DNA of 37,783 nt, from IMG/VR virus record IMGVR_UViG_3300002098_000079, positions 1 to 37,783 of that record. The stretch is one strand, 5' to 3'. Positions 1 through 7,925 of this stretch are shown one piece after another. Positions within the stretch are counted from its first letter, which is position 1; each line of letters begins with the position of its first letter. Source of the DNA: a virus. Taxonomy: Duplodnaviria; Caudoviricetes. A model generated the notes under the pieces. The model was not told the origin of the DNA and did no database searches. It saw only the letters and a list, made by a program, of their open reading frames with translations. A program made the position numbers and the translations under genes.

Positions 1-30
1 TTTTTTTACATTTTCGTTTTCTTGTTTCAT
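1..30 (-). CDS. 5' part (MKQENENVKK) of a 55-aa hypothetical protein spanning the contig junction
   Basis: ATG at 30 in an AT-rich context; reads in frame into 37776..37639 if the terminal 7-T runs overlap. Confidence 0.7.
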   Translation of the reverse strand, partial: MKQENENVKK

Positions 31-53
31 AATGTTAATTTATTTTATTACAC

Positions 54-179
54 TTCACCCCTTTTACCTACTGATAGATATGAATCTTCTCCGTTTTCTT
101 CTACTCCGAAACTTATCAGATGGCAGGGACAGAGGGGTCAACTGTTTTTCCCTGCTTTCGCATAAGTTCCTGAATAGAA
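54..179 (-). ncRNA. Putative structured leader RNA (nested stems, possible pseudoknot)
   Basis: Stems 99-116/162-179 (G-U pairs favour the minus strand), 123-128/150-155 and 129-132/142-145; loop 133-141 is complementary to 54-62 with one mismatch. Confidence 0.45.
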
Positions 180-251
180 TTTATTGTTTAATAGAGCTAG
201 TTTTAATTCCGAAGCCCTGAAAGGAATATTGAGAAATATTATTTTTAAAAC

Positions 252-315
252 AAAAAAACCCTTTGGCGGAACACCCAAGTTTGCATTCCTTGAGTGGTCT
301 CCCAAAAGGTTTTAC
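252..315 (-). terminator. Long hairpin plus U-tract (attenuator or terminator) in an early leader
   Basis: Minus strand AAACCTTTTGGGAGACCACTCAAG-loop-CTTGGGTGTTCCGCCAAAGGGTTTTTTT. Confidence 0.6.
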
Positions 316-363
316 TTTTGAGACTTATCCGCCTGTGGACAAACCACAATGAAACACAAATAC

Positions 364-406
364 ATTATACACTTTTTAAATAAAAATAAATTAAAACTGT
401 GGAAAA
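364..406 (-). promoter_or_regulatory. Early promoter (TATAAT at 364-369) with an upstream DnaA-box-like TTTTCCACA
   Basis: GTGTATAAT on the minus strand; TGTGGAAAA at 398-406. Confidence 0.5.
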
Positions 407-407
407 A

Positions 408-719
408 CTATTTTATTTTAGTTGCTCCAAAAAAACATTTACTGAAACTATTTCCTTTCTTTCTTGAGTATTTTAGACACTCAATGTAAAACCATTGTAA
501 ATCGCTAATTTCACGTACCGCAATGAGTTTCTGCCGTATTACGATAAAAGGTAGAAGTTTGAGGTTTTCTCGCTTCCTGTCTTTGTTTATTGCTATCTGA
601 AAGAATTGTACTGCTTGTGCCCAATCTTTTTGATATTGCGCTCCATCTTTTTTTAATACGTCTTTTAAATTTTCAGAAGTCATTCGAGATCGTAACATTT
701 CACCGATTGAAATACTCAT
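408..719 (-). CDS. Hypothetical protein, 103 aa
   Basis: ATGA overlap with the upstream gene; last gene of the recombination operon. Confidence 0.75.
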   Translation of the reverse strand: MSISIGEMLRSRMTSENLKDVLKKDGAQYQKDWAQAVQFFQIAINKDRKRENLKLLPFIVIRQKLIAVREISDLQWFYIECLKYSRKKGNSFSKCFFGATKIK

Positions 720-1267
720 ATTTTTTTCATAACTAATTTCGAATAAACTCGACGTTGTTCCTCGCGCAACTCATTGAATTCTTCCCATGATAGGGGTTTC
801 AAAAACGGTTCTGTGTCGGGCAATGGAATTTCTGTTTCTTTTTCAACCCATGCGAGCATGTCGCAAAATTCACCGATTTTCAGATTCGCTGTACTCTTGC
901 ATGTTTTCACTTCGACACCTTTGATGATACTGATTTTTTCCACGAGGTGATATTGATGAATCCAGTCTTTTAAATCCTCGATGGTATTCCCCTCATTTGC
1001 CAAGCAGATGAGGGAGAGATACACATGGAGATACCGATTCTGTCGCTCTGAACGTTTAGGTTTTGTGTTGGTAACATACATTGAAATGTCGTCACCTATC
1101 TTGCACATGTTGTTTATAAACGTTTGGTAGAGTGGAGGTGAATTCAATGAAATACGTTTTTTACCAGATGGATCGACTACGACTTTTCCGAGAAAATTCT
1201 GTGATTCGTAATTAAGATTCCGTTTTATCTTTATCTTTTTTTCTTTTGGTTTCTTTTGTTTCTTCAT
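716..1267 (-). CDS. NinB/Orf-like recombination accessory protein
   Basis: RSxxQNxYL motif and STxxLxxxEFxDxLxxV...LPxxE motif typical of NinB. Confidence 0.75.
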   Translation of the reverse strand: MKKQKKPKEKKIKIKRNLNYESQNFLGKVVVDPSGKKRISLNSPPLYQTFINNMCKIGDDISMYVTNTKPKRSERQNRYLHVYLSLICLANEGNTIEDLKDWIHQYHLVEKISIIKGVEVKTCKSTANLKIGEFCDMLAWVEKETEIPLPDTEPFLKPLSWEEFNELREEQRRVYSKLVMKKI

Positions 1268-1487
1268 CTTTTTCTACATACACGCTTGCTGATTGAAAGG
1301 ATTCTTCCAGTTTTCGAGCGAGGTGTATTTTTACTACAACACCCTCGGAACAATTTTCAGGGAATTCATAGATTTTTTTCATTCTATTTATTTCTTCCAA
1401 AAGAATTTCTCTCATTCCGAAAGGTAAATTAATCGACATATTGACACGCTTTATCCCTGTTTCAAATTCAATTTTATACTTTTCCAT
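1212..1487 (-). CDS. Hypothetical protein, possible ribbon-helix-helix DNA-binding protein
   Basis: Alternating beta-strand RVNMSINLP followed by a helix MREILLEEINR. Confidence 0.5.
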   Translation of the reverse strand: MEKYKIEFETGIKRVNMSINLPFGMREILLEEINRMKKIYEFPENCSEGVVVKIHLARKLEESFQSASVYVEKDEETKETKRKKDKDKTES

Positions 1488-1812
1488 AAATCTTATTGAG
1501 TCGCTCGCGCATGTTCTTGTAATTTATCGCTTTCGACACAGCGGATAATTGTTCGTCTGTTGCACGGTTGAGAGCAATCCAAACGTTTTTCTCTTTGAGA
1601 AGATTGCCTCCGTCTTGGTGTTTCCCGACTGCATGATGATATTCACAGATCGGAATTATTGCCCATGGTTCGTTTACCTGGCGACCTGCAAATATGAGTG
1701 CATGCTCCCAAGTAATTGAACCATCGCACCCTCCATCCATAATACGAGCGCACTTTTTGTAGTATGGATCATTTGCCATTTGCTCACGAAGTTTTGGTGG
1801 GATTGGTCGCAT
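1474..1812 (-). CDS. Zn-binding HNH-like nuclease (DUF1364/Ref-like)
   Basis: C-x7-C...WEH...IIPICEYHH; the start at 1812 makes a TAATG overlap with the YopX stop. Confidence 0.65.
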   Translation of the reverse strand: MRPIPPKLREQMANDPYYKKCARIMDGGCDGSITWEHALIFAGRQVNEPWAIIPICEYHHAVGKHQDGGNLLKEKNVWIALNRATDEQLSAVSKAINYKNMRERLNKIYGKV

Positions 1813-2159
1813 TATTTTAATAGTTCCGTGTTCTGGTAAATGTTGCCGATAACTTCGAGAGCTAAACAATCAAATTTTGTTATTTGCATATAACCACTAA
1901 TTCCGAAACAACAATTTTCTTGGTACCACTCAATAATTTGTGGGTTTTCTGTTTTTGTTTTCAGTAGAACTCCACAATATTTTTGTATTATATCCCCCTC
2001 ATAAATATCAACGCCGTTCTTGTCTTTGAGACCTGTGAATTGTTGAACAATATAGCGAGGATATTTGAAAAATGTTTTTTCCCAATAGTATATCTGCTCT
2101 TTGTAAACAAAATCTTCATTCTCGATATCCCAAGCTCTAAATTTTATTTCTCTATTCAT
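1812..2159 (-). CDS. yopX: YopX family protein
   Basis: MNREIKFRAWD...QFTGLKDKNGxDIYEGDI...EVIGNIY signature. Confidence 0.92.
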   Translation of the reverse strand: MNREIKFRAWDIENEDFVYKEQIYYWEKTFFKYPRYIVQQFTGLKDKNGVDIYEGDIIQKYCGVLLKTKTENPQIIEWYQENCCFGISGYMQITKFDCLALEVIGNIYQNTELLK

Positions 2160-2160
2160 A

Positions 2161-2379
2161 TTATTTTTTATCGCTAATAATTCCACAGCACCCAGGCTTT
2201 GCGCCACGAACGAGTTCTTTCACTGCCTCGATGCCTCGAGAGAATATTCTAGGATTGCATGATCGGCAAAACCAATGACAGCACAAGTTACAGAAACCGC
2301 ACGATTTATTCTTTTGGCAAATATGGCAGAGTGCATTTTGACGACGGTTTTCTTTGCCTGGATCGTTTTTACAACTCAT
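2161..2379 (-). CDS. Cys-rich zinc-finger protein (B-box-like)
   Basis: CHIC-x5-CGFCNLCCHWFCRSC pattern; tightly packed between neighbours. Confidence 0.6.
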   Translation of the reverse strand: MSCKNDPGKENRRQNALCHICQKNKSCGFCNLCCHWFCRSCNPRIFSRGIEAVKELVRGAKPGCCGIISDKK

Positions 2380-2380
2380 G

Positions 2381-3241
2381 TTATTTGCCTGCTAGTTTTG
2401 CGTAAAATCCTGTGTCCTTTTCAAAAGTCGCAAGTGTCTTACAGGCGAGAAAAGCTTTGAAGTCTCGATCCATATTTCCGTCTTCGTTGTCTAGGAACAT
2501 CGGTTCGAAAACTTTATATGTTGGGAAAACAATTGGCTCTTTTCCTTTTCGTACGCGTTTTGCGTTTTTCTTTGCCATGCGCGCGTTGTATTCTTTTTCG
2601 GTTTCTTTTGCGAGGCGGATCAACCAACGTCCATGGTATTCTCGACCACTTTCTTCCTCATCGGCTCGGACATAGGCTGCGGTTTGGAGATAGTAGCCAT
2701 TATTGAGGTCGTTTGAGGTCTTAATATCGAGCAGGCAGAGTTTTCCGTTCACTTTCGCCTCAATGTCCATCTTTCCGATATAGTCGTGTTTCTTGCTGTA
2801 TACAGCGCGTTCAGAGGACTTAAAAACGACCTTGTTATCAGCAAACCAGTCAAGAAAGGCATTTACACCTATTTGAGCCTCGCGCATTTCTGGTATTTCT
2901 GGTTTATTGCCCTTGATGTAATTTTCAACCCAGTCGTGTACAATCGATCCGATTGTTGCAGCTTGATCTTTTTTGACTGTATGCAAATCTTCCGCTTCGT
3001 CAAAATCACTTTGAGTCAATACTTTGTTTTTACTGAGTGTTTCAGTGAGGTGATCGACTGCGAGCCCGACTGCCCATGGCACAAGACCGCCTGACTTATC
3101 TTTGATTCCGATGATTCCGGTAACTGATCCGCTTGTCGGTTTTCCGTTCACTGTGTATCGGTGTGAGTTTGGATAAAATACGACCTTGCATTTTCCTGCA
3201 TAGAGATCAAATTCTTCTTTCACTGTTTCTGATTTAGCCAT
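2381..3241 (-). CDS. PD-(D/E)XK (Cas4/RecB-like) phage exonuclease
   Basis: SVTGI, GSIVH, E-x9-YIGKMD, LDIKTS and LQTAAY motifs; adjacent to the SSAP. Confidence 0.88.
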   Translation of the reverse strand: MAKSETVKEEFDLYAGKCKVVFYPNSHRYTVNGKPTSGSVTGIIGIKDKSGGLVPWAVGLAVDHLTETLSKNKVLTQSDFDEAEDLHTVKKDQAATIGSIVHDWVENYIKGNKPEIPEMREAQIGVNAFLDWFADNKVVFKSSERAVYSKKHDYIGKMDIEAKVNGKLCLLDIKTSNDLNNGYYLQTAAYVRADEEESGREYHGRWLIRLAKETEKEYNARMAKKNAKRVRKGKEPIVFPTYKVFEPMFLDNEDGNMDRDFKAFLACKTLATFEKDTGFYAKLAGK

Positions 3242-3242
3242 A

Positions 3243-4028
3243 CTATTTCTTCTTTGGTTGATGTTCTCGACAAAGTTTTTTCTTGAACATCTTAGTTGAA
3301 TAATTTGCGACGATATCGCTTATTGGATCTTTACAAACTGCACATACGAATGTTGGAGTGTTGTCCGGACCAACAATCTTTTCATGTTCATCAACAGATT
3401 GATTTGCTTCATCAACAATGTCTTTGTGGTCACGAGCTTCAACGATTTCAACGTTGGCTTCTTCTTTGTATTCAATTTTTCCATAAATATCAGAGGCGAT
3501 ACCGAGCATTGATGCACACTTTTTCATAGCATCGGTTGATGCAGCCTTGAGATCGTTTCCGAAATCAACATGACCTGTTCCGTCTCGAAGAAATTTTATA
3601 TCTGCGCGACCAAACTGTGTCTTTGTGATTGTATGTTTTCCATCACTGCTTTTTACTGTGAGTCTTCCCATAACCCAAATCTGCTTTTTCTCGATTCCAT
3701 GACTCATAACCTCGAAGTCCCAATTCCAACCAAAAGAGAAGTTTAGCGCTTTGATAATATAGTTTCCAGTAACGTATGTGAAACTTTTACCCCCCTTACC
3801 CTGTCTTTTGTAGGTTTCGTTCGCCGGTGTTCTCTGAACGATCTTGAGCAATTGTGCTTGGTTCAACCAAGTTGGAGCAAGAGTCATCTTTTTCCCATCT
3901 CGCATCGGCTCAAATAGTTCCATCGTTTGGTTTTGAACTTGCGGAGCAACTTGCACCACAACTCTTGTTTCTCGTGCAACTTTCTTTTTTGGCGCAACCT
4001 TTTTCGATTTCTTTGTTTTTGGTTTCAT
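3243..4028 (-). CDS. Sak/Rad52-family single-strand annealing protein with a C-terminal Zn ribbon
   Basis: FTYVTG..IIKALN..FG.NW, KAASTDAMKKCASMLGIASDIY; C-terminal CxxC...CxxH. Confidence 0.9.
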   Translation of the reverse strand: MKPKTKKSKKVAPKKKVARETRVVVQVAPQVQNQTMELFEPMRDGKKMTLAPTWLNQAQLLKIVQRTPANETYKRQGKGGKSFTYVTGNYIIKALNFSFGWNWDFEVMSHGIEKKQIWVMGRLTVKSSDGKHTITKTQFGRADIKFLRDGTGHVDFGNDLKAASTDAMKKCASMLGIASDIYGKIEYKEEANVEIVEARDHKDIVDEANQSVDEHEKIVGPDNTPTFVCAVCKDPISDIVANYSTKMFKKKLCREHQPKKK

Positions 4029-4029
4029 A

Positions 4030-4182
4030 CTACTTTTTCTTATCACTAATAGGCGCAAACCCTTTTCGACACCCAGTACACTTTTCGTATAGTTCAATCG
4101 ACTCCGCATCCTTTTTGTTGTGATACCAGTCGATACAAACCTGACAGAACCGACGCTTAACCAAATTACTTTTTGTCTCCAT
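4030..4182 (-). CDS. Zn-ribbon microprotein, 50 aa (METKSNLVKRRFCQVC...KCTGCRK...)
   Basis: Translated by hand; two CxxC pairs; fills the gap before Sak. Confidence 0.7.
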   Translation of the reverse strand: METKSNLVKRRFCQVCIDWYHNKKDAESIELYEKCTGCRKGFAPISDKKK

Positions 4183-4194
4183 GATTTTTTGAGA

Positions 4195-4335
4195 TTATTT
4201 TCCTAATTTTCTACCGCTTTTTCGACGAGCGATTTTTTTACGAGCCTCAACTCCCTTTTTGGAAAAAGCTATACGCTCTTCCTTTGAAATTGCCATTCTT
4301 TTTTTCCCGAGTGCAACTGCTGCTGGATTTTTCAT
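4195..4335 (-). CDS. Small basic protein, 46 aa (MKNPAAVALGKKR...)
   Basis: Translated by hand; KNPAAVALG start resembles small basic phage proteins; TAATG overlap. Confidence 0.75.
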   Translation of the reverse strand: MKNPAAVALGKKRMAISKEERIAFSKKGVEARKKIARRKSGRKLGK

Positions 4336-4595
4336 TATGCAAATTGTATAAATTGTTCTGGTAATCGACCTCGCACATTATCGGACATATAGTAATACCA
4401 ATCTCCGTCCGCATCATCTTGTAAAACATTTGATGGATGAGAATCATGGTTTCTTAACCATACAAGATACTCATCAAACAAGTTTTCTCGAACCTCACCC
4501 AAACACTGCCTTATTGCTTCGATGATTGTGTCTCCAAACCCTCGACAATCTTGCTCGGCAGCAAAGAAACCATCAGCACCTTTCACAATAATCAT
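4335..4595 (-). CDS. Hypothetical protein, 86 aa
   Basis: Translationally coupled on both sides. Confidence 0.7.
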   Translation of the reverse strand: MIIVKGADGFFAAEQDCRGFGDTIIEAIRQCLGEVRENLFDEYLVWLRNHDSHPSNVLQDDADGDWYYYMSDNVRGRLPEQFIQFA

Positions 4596-4672
4596 ACGAT
4601 ATATACAAACCCAAAAATAATAGTAATTACGACCACGAATATAATGCTTGCTAATACTTCATCTTTATCCAT
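4592..4672 (-). CDS. Single-TM peptide, 26 aa (MDKDEVLASIIFVVVITIIFGFVYIV), probably leaderless
   Basis: ATG 6 nt after TATACT; ATGA overlap with the next gene. Confidence 0.65.
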   Translation of the reverse strand: MDKDEVLASIIFVVVITIIFGFVYIV

Positions 4673-4678
4673 ACAAAG

Positions 4679-4735
4679 AGTATACAACCGCTTGTATAAA
4701 ATTGCAACAAGCGGTTATTTTTAAACTGTGGATAA
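4679..4735 (-). promoter_or_regulatory. Early promoter TTGCAA-17-TATACT with a 10-bp inverted-repeat operator and a DnaA box
   Basis: AACCGCTTGT...ACAAGCGGTT flanks the -35; TGTGGATAA at 4727-4735. Confidence 0.75.
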
Positions 4736-4771
4736 CTCAAGTATTTGATATAATAAAACAAACTTTTAAAT

Positions 4772-4930
4772 ATGAAATATTTCTGTGTTAAATGCGAAAG
4801 TATAACATTGCATGTCTGGTTAAAAGACTATATTCACGAAAGTCATCTCATAGACACCAAATGCACATGTTGCAACAATGAATCAATAAACATTCCCAAA
4901 CAAGCAAAAATCACCCCCGCTAAGGAGTGA
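4772..4930 (+). CDS. Zn-ribbon microprotein, 52 aa, divergently transcribed (MKYFCVKC...KCTCC...)
   Basis: TGaTATAAT promoter at 4746-4754; CxxC...H...CxxC. Confidence 0.6.
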   Translation: MKYFCVKCESITLHVWLKDYIHESHLIDTKCTCCNNESINIPKQAKITPAKE

Positions 4931-4936
4931 TTTTTT
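4906..4936. terminator. Bidirectional intrinsic terminator ending the lysis operon
   Basis: AAAAATCACCCC-CGCTAA-GGAGTGATTTTT. Confidence 0.75.
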
Positions 4937-5005
4937 ATATTCTATAGATGTAATTCCAACCGTTGTCAAAAGCCAGTCTTGAAACTACTCATACACAATA
5001 ACACA

Positions 5006-5248
5006 TTATTGATTTTCTGCAACTGATCCTGTGATCGTAACATTATATCCGGAGAAGAATTTCTCCAAAAACTTTATTGCCACACTGTTTGTTGCCATGA
5101 CCAACATTTGGTAGTTTCCGAAATTGTGACCAACCAACCATTGCTCGAAAGACATAACAATATAACCGAGACCAAGAATTGCAGCATGAACAATAACACG
5201 TTTTACACCAGCCCAATCTATAGAACCTGGTTTGATATATTTATACAT
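5006..5248 (-). CDS. Probable holin
   Basis: 80 aa with two hydrophobic segments, directly after the endolysin. Confidence 0.65.
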   Translation of the reverse strand: MYKYIKPGSIDWAGVKRVIVHAAILGLGYIVMSFEQWLVGHNFGNYQMLVMATNSVAIKFLEKFFSGYNVTITGSVAENQ

Positions 5249-5250
5249 AA

Positions 5251-5841
5251 TTATACTAATAGATTTTTAATAGCGGTGTCCGACGTGACACCGAGTTTTG
5301 TAGCCACCTGATTTGCATAGCTACTTGGATCATTACCATCAGATGATGGAGCGTAAACTTGATAGAATTGCACAAGTGTCATATCTGGATTGTATAGTGG
5401 TTTTGCTTGTCCGGTACATGCCCAAATCAAAAGATCTTTGAGGTAGTTATATCCATCTTGATATGTCGTGAATTTTGCAAATCGCCCATTTTTTACAGAA
5501 TGATCTTGGTTTACGAAAACACAGTTTCCAGGATTGTTGTTCGCCCACGCCGGAGTTCCATTTGGGTACGTTGGATTTTCTCCAGGTGCAAAATATCCCT
5601 CTCGATCCTGTATCGCATGACACCAAAGATCCAATTTATCTTGCTTTGTTACAACACCGACAAACGCACCATCTGCAATTCCTGTTGGCTGAATACCATG
5701 ATCTTTCTGGTATTTCATCAGATTTGCTTTTGTCTGTGGTCCAAAAAATCCTGTAATCGGCTGGAAATAACCGCGCATATTTAAGAACTGTTGGAGCTGA
5801 ACGACATATTGATTTGTCTGCCCTTGAGTTAATGTATTCAT
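5251..5841 (-). CDS. Endolysin: PG-binding domain plus NNPGN-type lysozyme-like domain
   Basis: LQQFLN..GY...TGFFGPQT...YQ..HGI..TG (PG_binding_1); REG...NNPGN...FAKF.T...G...L...YAP..DGNDP..Y. Confidence 0.85.
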   Translation of the reverse strand: MNTLTQGQTNQYVVQLQQFLNMRGYFQPITGFFGPQTKANLMKYQKDHGIQPTGIADGAFVGVVTKQDKLDLWCHAIQDREGYFAPGENPTYPNGTPAWANNNPGNCVFVNQDHSVKNGRFAKFTTYQDGYNYLKDLLIWACTGQAKPLYNPDMTLVQFYQVYAPSSDGNDPSSYANQVATKLGVTSDTAIKNLLV

Positions 5842-5848
5842 AAATATA

Positions 5849-7222
5849 TTATAACACGACTTTTTTAGGATCGGGTATTTTTTGAGTAGTGAACTCTATT
5901 CCATGTTCCTCCGCATCTTCAACATCTTTGAGCAATTCGACAAACCCCTCGAGCTTGCACTCAATCGATTCATCTTTCAATTCCTCCAAATGTTCCTTGA
6001 GTTTTTCAATTGCGCCCTCGATCGTGTTGGAACAACCGAGAATTACACCAACCTCCCCATCCTCTTTTGGAGAAAAATGATATATATCGTCGCGCTTGCA
6101 ATAATGATATAGCTTTACCCACTTTTTTATTTTTTCCGGTACTTTTAGAACCATCCATTCGCCACCTGCTGTATAGTGCATGGTTGCTGCAGCGGAAAAT
6201 TTATACTTAAAATCGGGTTCAATCATTTCACCATTCGCACCATGCCAAATGACCTCATCAAGATTTGTACATGTTTCGAGCAACTGTTCTCCGCTCTGAC
6301 CCGGCATGCGCATGGTTGGATCGATGAAATATGGAATACCATCTTTTACGCGGATTTCAGTAGCCATGAAATTTCTGTATTTCATTTCTTTAAGCAAGGG
6401 AGACATGGCATCATTTACTGTCTTAATAACCTCTGGAAGCTTCATTTCATCTACGATTGAAGCGAGATAGAGCTCATTTTTCTTTTCGTATCCTTGTGAG
6501 AATTTTGTAGGAAATTTTCCATCGATACACCAGGTATCGCATCCTGTTTCAACATCGGTTTTGATATGATCCTGTACCACAAAAACAATTTCTTCCTTGA
6601 GTCCTCCAAATTGAATATCAAGACGATCGAGCTCGGGCTTGCTATGATCGTAATCTATGTGATGCCACGTCTCCATGTTTCCACGGTACTTATTTACTTT
6701 GATATATTTGTTTTCAACTTTTTCTAGGTGATCGCGCAATGCTGTAAGACCAGTAATAGTTTCCGTGTGTATTACAGGAAGACCAAGTTGCTTGAGTGTT
6801 TTGAGGAAGTGATCTCGCAATAGTTCGAGCTCGTCTGCACCCATGCTTCCCCAAACTACTTTGCCAAGGCTTTTAAGATGCTTCTGTAGACCCTCATATC
6901 CAATATCAGGGAAAATGAAAAGGTCTATTTCATCAAATATTTCCGGATTAAAAATATCCTCAACGCGCTCGATGTTGTCGATACCTGTACCTTTTGAAAG
7001 TTCATCAATGGTGTAAAACTCTTTTTCCGTTGGAGTATAGTAATATACCTTTTTGTATGTTTCTCCAAGCTTGTCGGCAAGACAAAGAAATGTACCATAG
7101 TCGAAAACGCAAGCTGTGACTTCTGAAACAGGTTTTAATTGAGAGGCAACCATTATTTCTTCTGGTTTTTCCTCGATAATTTCCTCTCTCTTTTTAGAGA
7201 AAATTGATGATGATTTTTTCAT
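5849..7222 (-). CDS. PurD/GARS-like ATP-grasp ligase of unknown substrate
   Basis: VWGS..ADELE..R......LGLP, YIK, FVVQDHI..VETG and YRNF..TEI...PYFIDPTMR align with PurD-type ATP-grasp motifs. Confidence 0.75.
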   Translation of the reverse strand: MKKSSSIFSKKREEIIEEKPEEIMVASQLKPVSEVTACVFDYGTFLCLADKLGETYKKVYYYTPTEKEFYTIDELSKGTGIDNIERVEDIFNPEIFDEIDLFIFPDIGYEGLQKHLKSLGKVVWGSMGADELELLRDHFLKTLKQLGLPVIHTETITGLTALRDHLEKVENKYIKVNKYRGNMETWHHIDYDHSKPELDRLDIQFGGLKEEIVFVVQDHIKTDVETGCDTWCIDGKFPTKFSQGYEKKNELYLASIVDEMKLPEVIKTVNDAMSPLLKEMKYRNFMATEIRVKDGIPYFIDPTMRMPGQSGEQLLETCTNLDEVIWHGANGEMIEPDFKYKFSAAATMHYTAGGEWMVLKVPEKIKKWVKLYHYCKRDDIYHFSPKEDGEVGVILGCSNTIEGAIEKLKEHLEELKDESIECKLEGFVELLKDVEDAEEHGIEFTTQKIPDPKKVVL

Positions 7223-7398
7223 AAATAAATTATACCACATTGTTTTAATGCTAAAAGGGAGGACCTCTAATTAATGTCGCGCAATAATAATTTTTTGTCA
7301 TGTTAAACGATTGTTCACTCCCCTATCCTTATTCGGGTGGATTTTTTAGGCGCAATCTATACCTAAGCCAGTGTCGGAAAAGATATACTCAAAGTCCT

Positions 7399-7436
7399 AA
7401 CACTAAAAAACTCCCAGATGGGAGTTTTTTAGTGTT
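7399..7436. terminator. Bidirectional terminator with 18-bp perfect arms
   Basis: AACACTAAAAAACTCCCA-GA-TGGGAGTTTTTTAGTGTT immediately after the 7437 stop. Confidence 0.85.
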
Positions 7437-7670
7437 TTATTTTTTCTGCGGTAATTTTTTGTACAAAAGTTCAGCCAGAAATATCGGTATAGCCAGGTTG
7501 AATGCTAACGGAAGAAGAACATTCAAAAGCTGTAGAAGTTTAGATCCTAAACTATCTCCGTCTGTATTAAACCGGGTCAATGGAAATATATAATCTGATA
7601 CATCAGACACTATAATAAAAAGCACTAGACCAACAAAAACACTGAGAGCAATTCTTTTATTTTTACTCAT
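7437..7670 (-). CDS. Two-TM membrane protein, 77 aa, under antisense-type control
   Basis: Basic N-terminus, two hydrophobic helices, basic tail; own promoter and terminator. Confidence 0.75.
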   Translation of the reverse strand: MSKNKRIALSVFVGLVLFIIVSDVSDYIFPLTRFNTDGDSLGSKLLQLLNVLLPLAFNLAIPIFLAELLYKKLPQKK

Positions 7671-7790
7671 TGCAAGGGTTCGATGACCTTATAAAAACAA
7701 AACCCCGCCTACGACATCGGTGGTGAACCCTTGCAAGGTAAGCCACCACGCCGTATAAGCGAGATTTTGTTTCCTGCAAGGGTTCAATAT
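7670..7790 (-). ncRNA. C4/CI-like antisense hairpin RNA with upstream and downstream target sites
   Basis: Long G-U-rich hairpin (7695-7772) whose apex TTGCAAGGGTTCA is complementary to GAACCCTTGCA copies at 7775-7786 and 7670-7681. Confidence 0.75.
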
Positions 7791-7806
7791 TTGGTTTTGC
7801 AAATAT

Positions 7807-7815
7807 ATAATAACA
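7807..7815 (-). promoter_or_regulatory. Extended -10 promoter TGtTATTAT for the C4-like leader
   Basis: Lies directly upstream of the first target site. Confidence 0.55.
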
Positions 7816-7925
7816 CAGAAAACAGATTTTTACTAGATTTGTCAAGTAAGCAGGGAAGCCGAGTCCCCTAAAATCTTTAGAAAATTTTTATGTCGTAAAA
7901 ACTCATGCCGACATGATATAATCTC

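Noticed and set aside
100-165. Hammerhead ribozyme (GCGAAA and CTGATAA on the minus strand)
   Set aside because: Stem I is absent and there is no U-H cleavage triplet after the putative stem III; kept only as a generic structured RNA
2381-3241. CRISPR-associated Cas4
   Set aside because: No Fe-S cysteine cluster and no cas context; its position next to Sak indicates a recombination exonuclease
5849-7222. Calling the gene purD (purine biosynthesis AMG)
   Set aside because: Only fold-level motifs match, the key motif is altered and there are no other pur genes
7248-7306. Tiny ORFs near the GGGAGG SD-like sequence at 7257-7262
   Set aside because: Only 8-16-aa frames with no recognisable features; not supportable
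7300-7845. ORFs 7300..7593 (+) and 7663..7845 (-)
   Set aside because: The first crosses a strong terminator and is antisense to the TM gene; the second has a TTG start and spans a promoter and RNA hairpin
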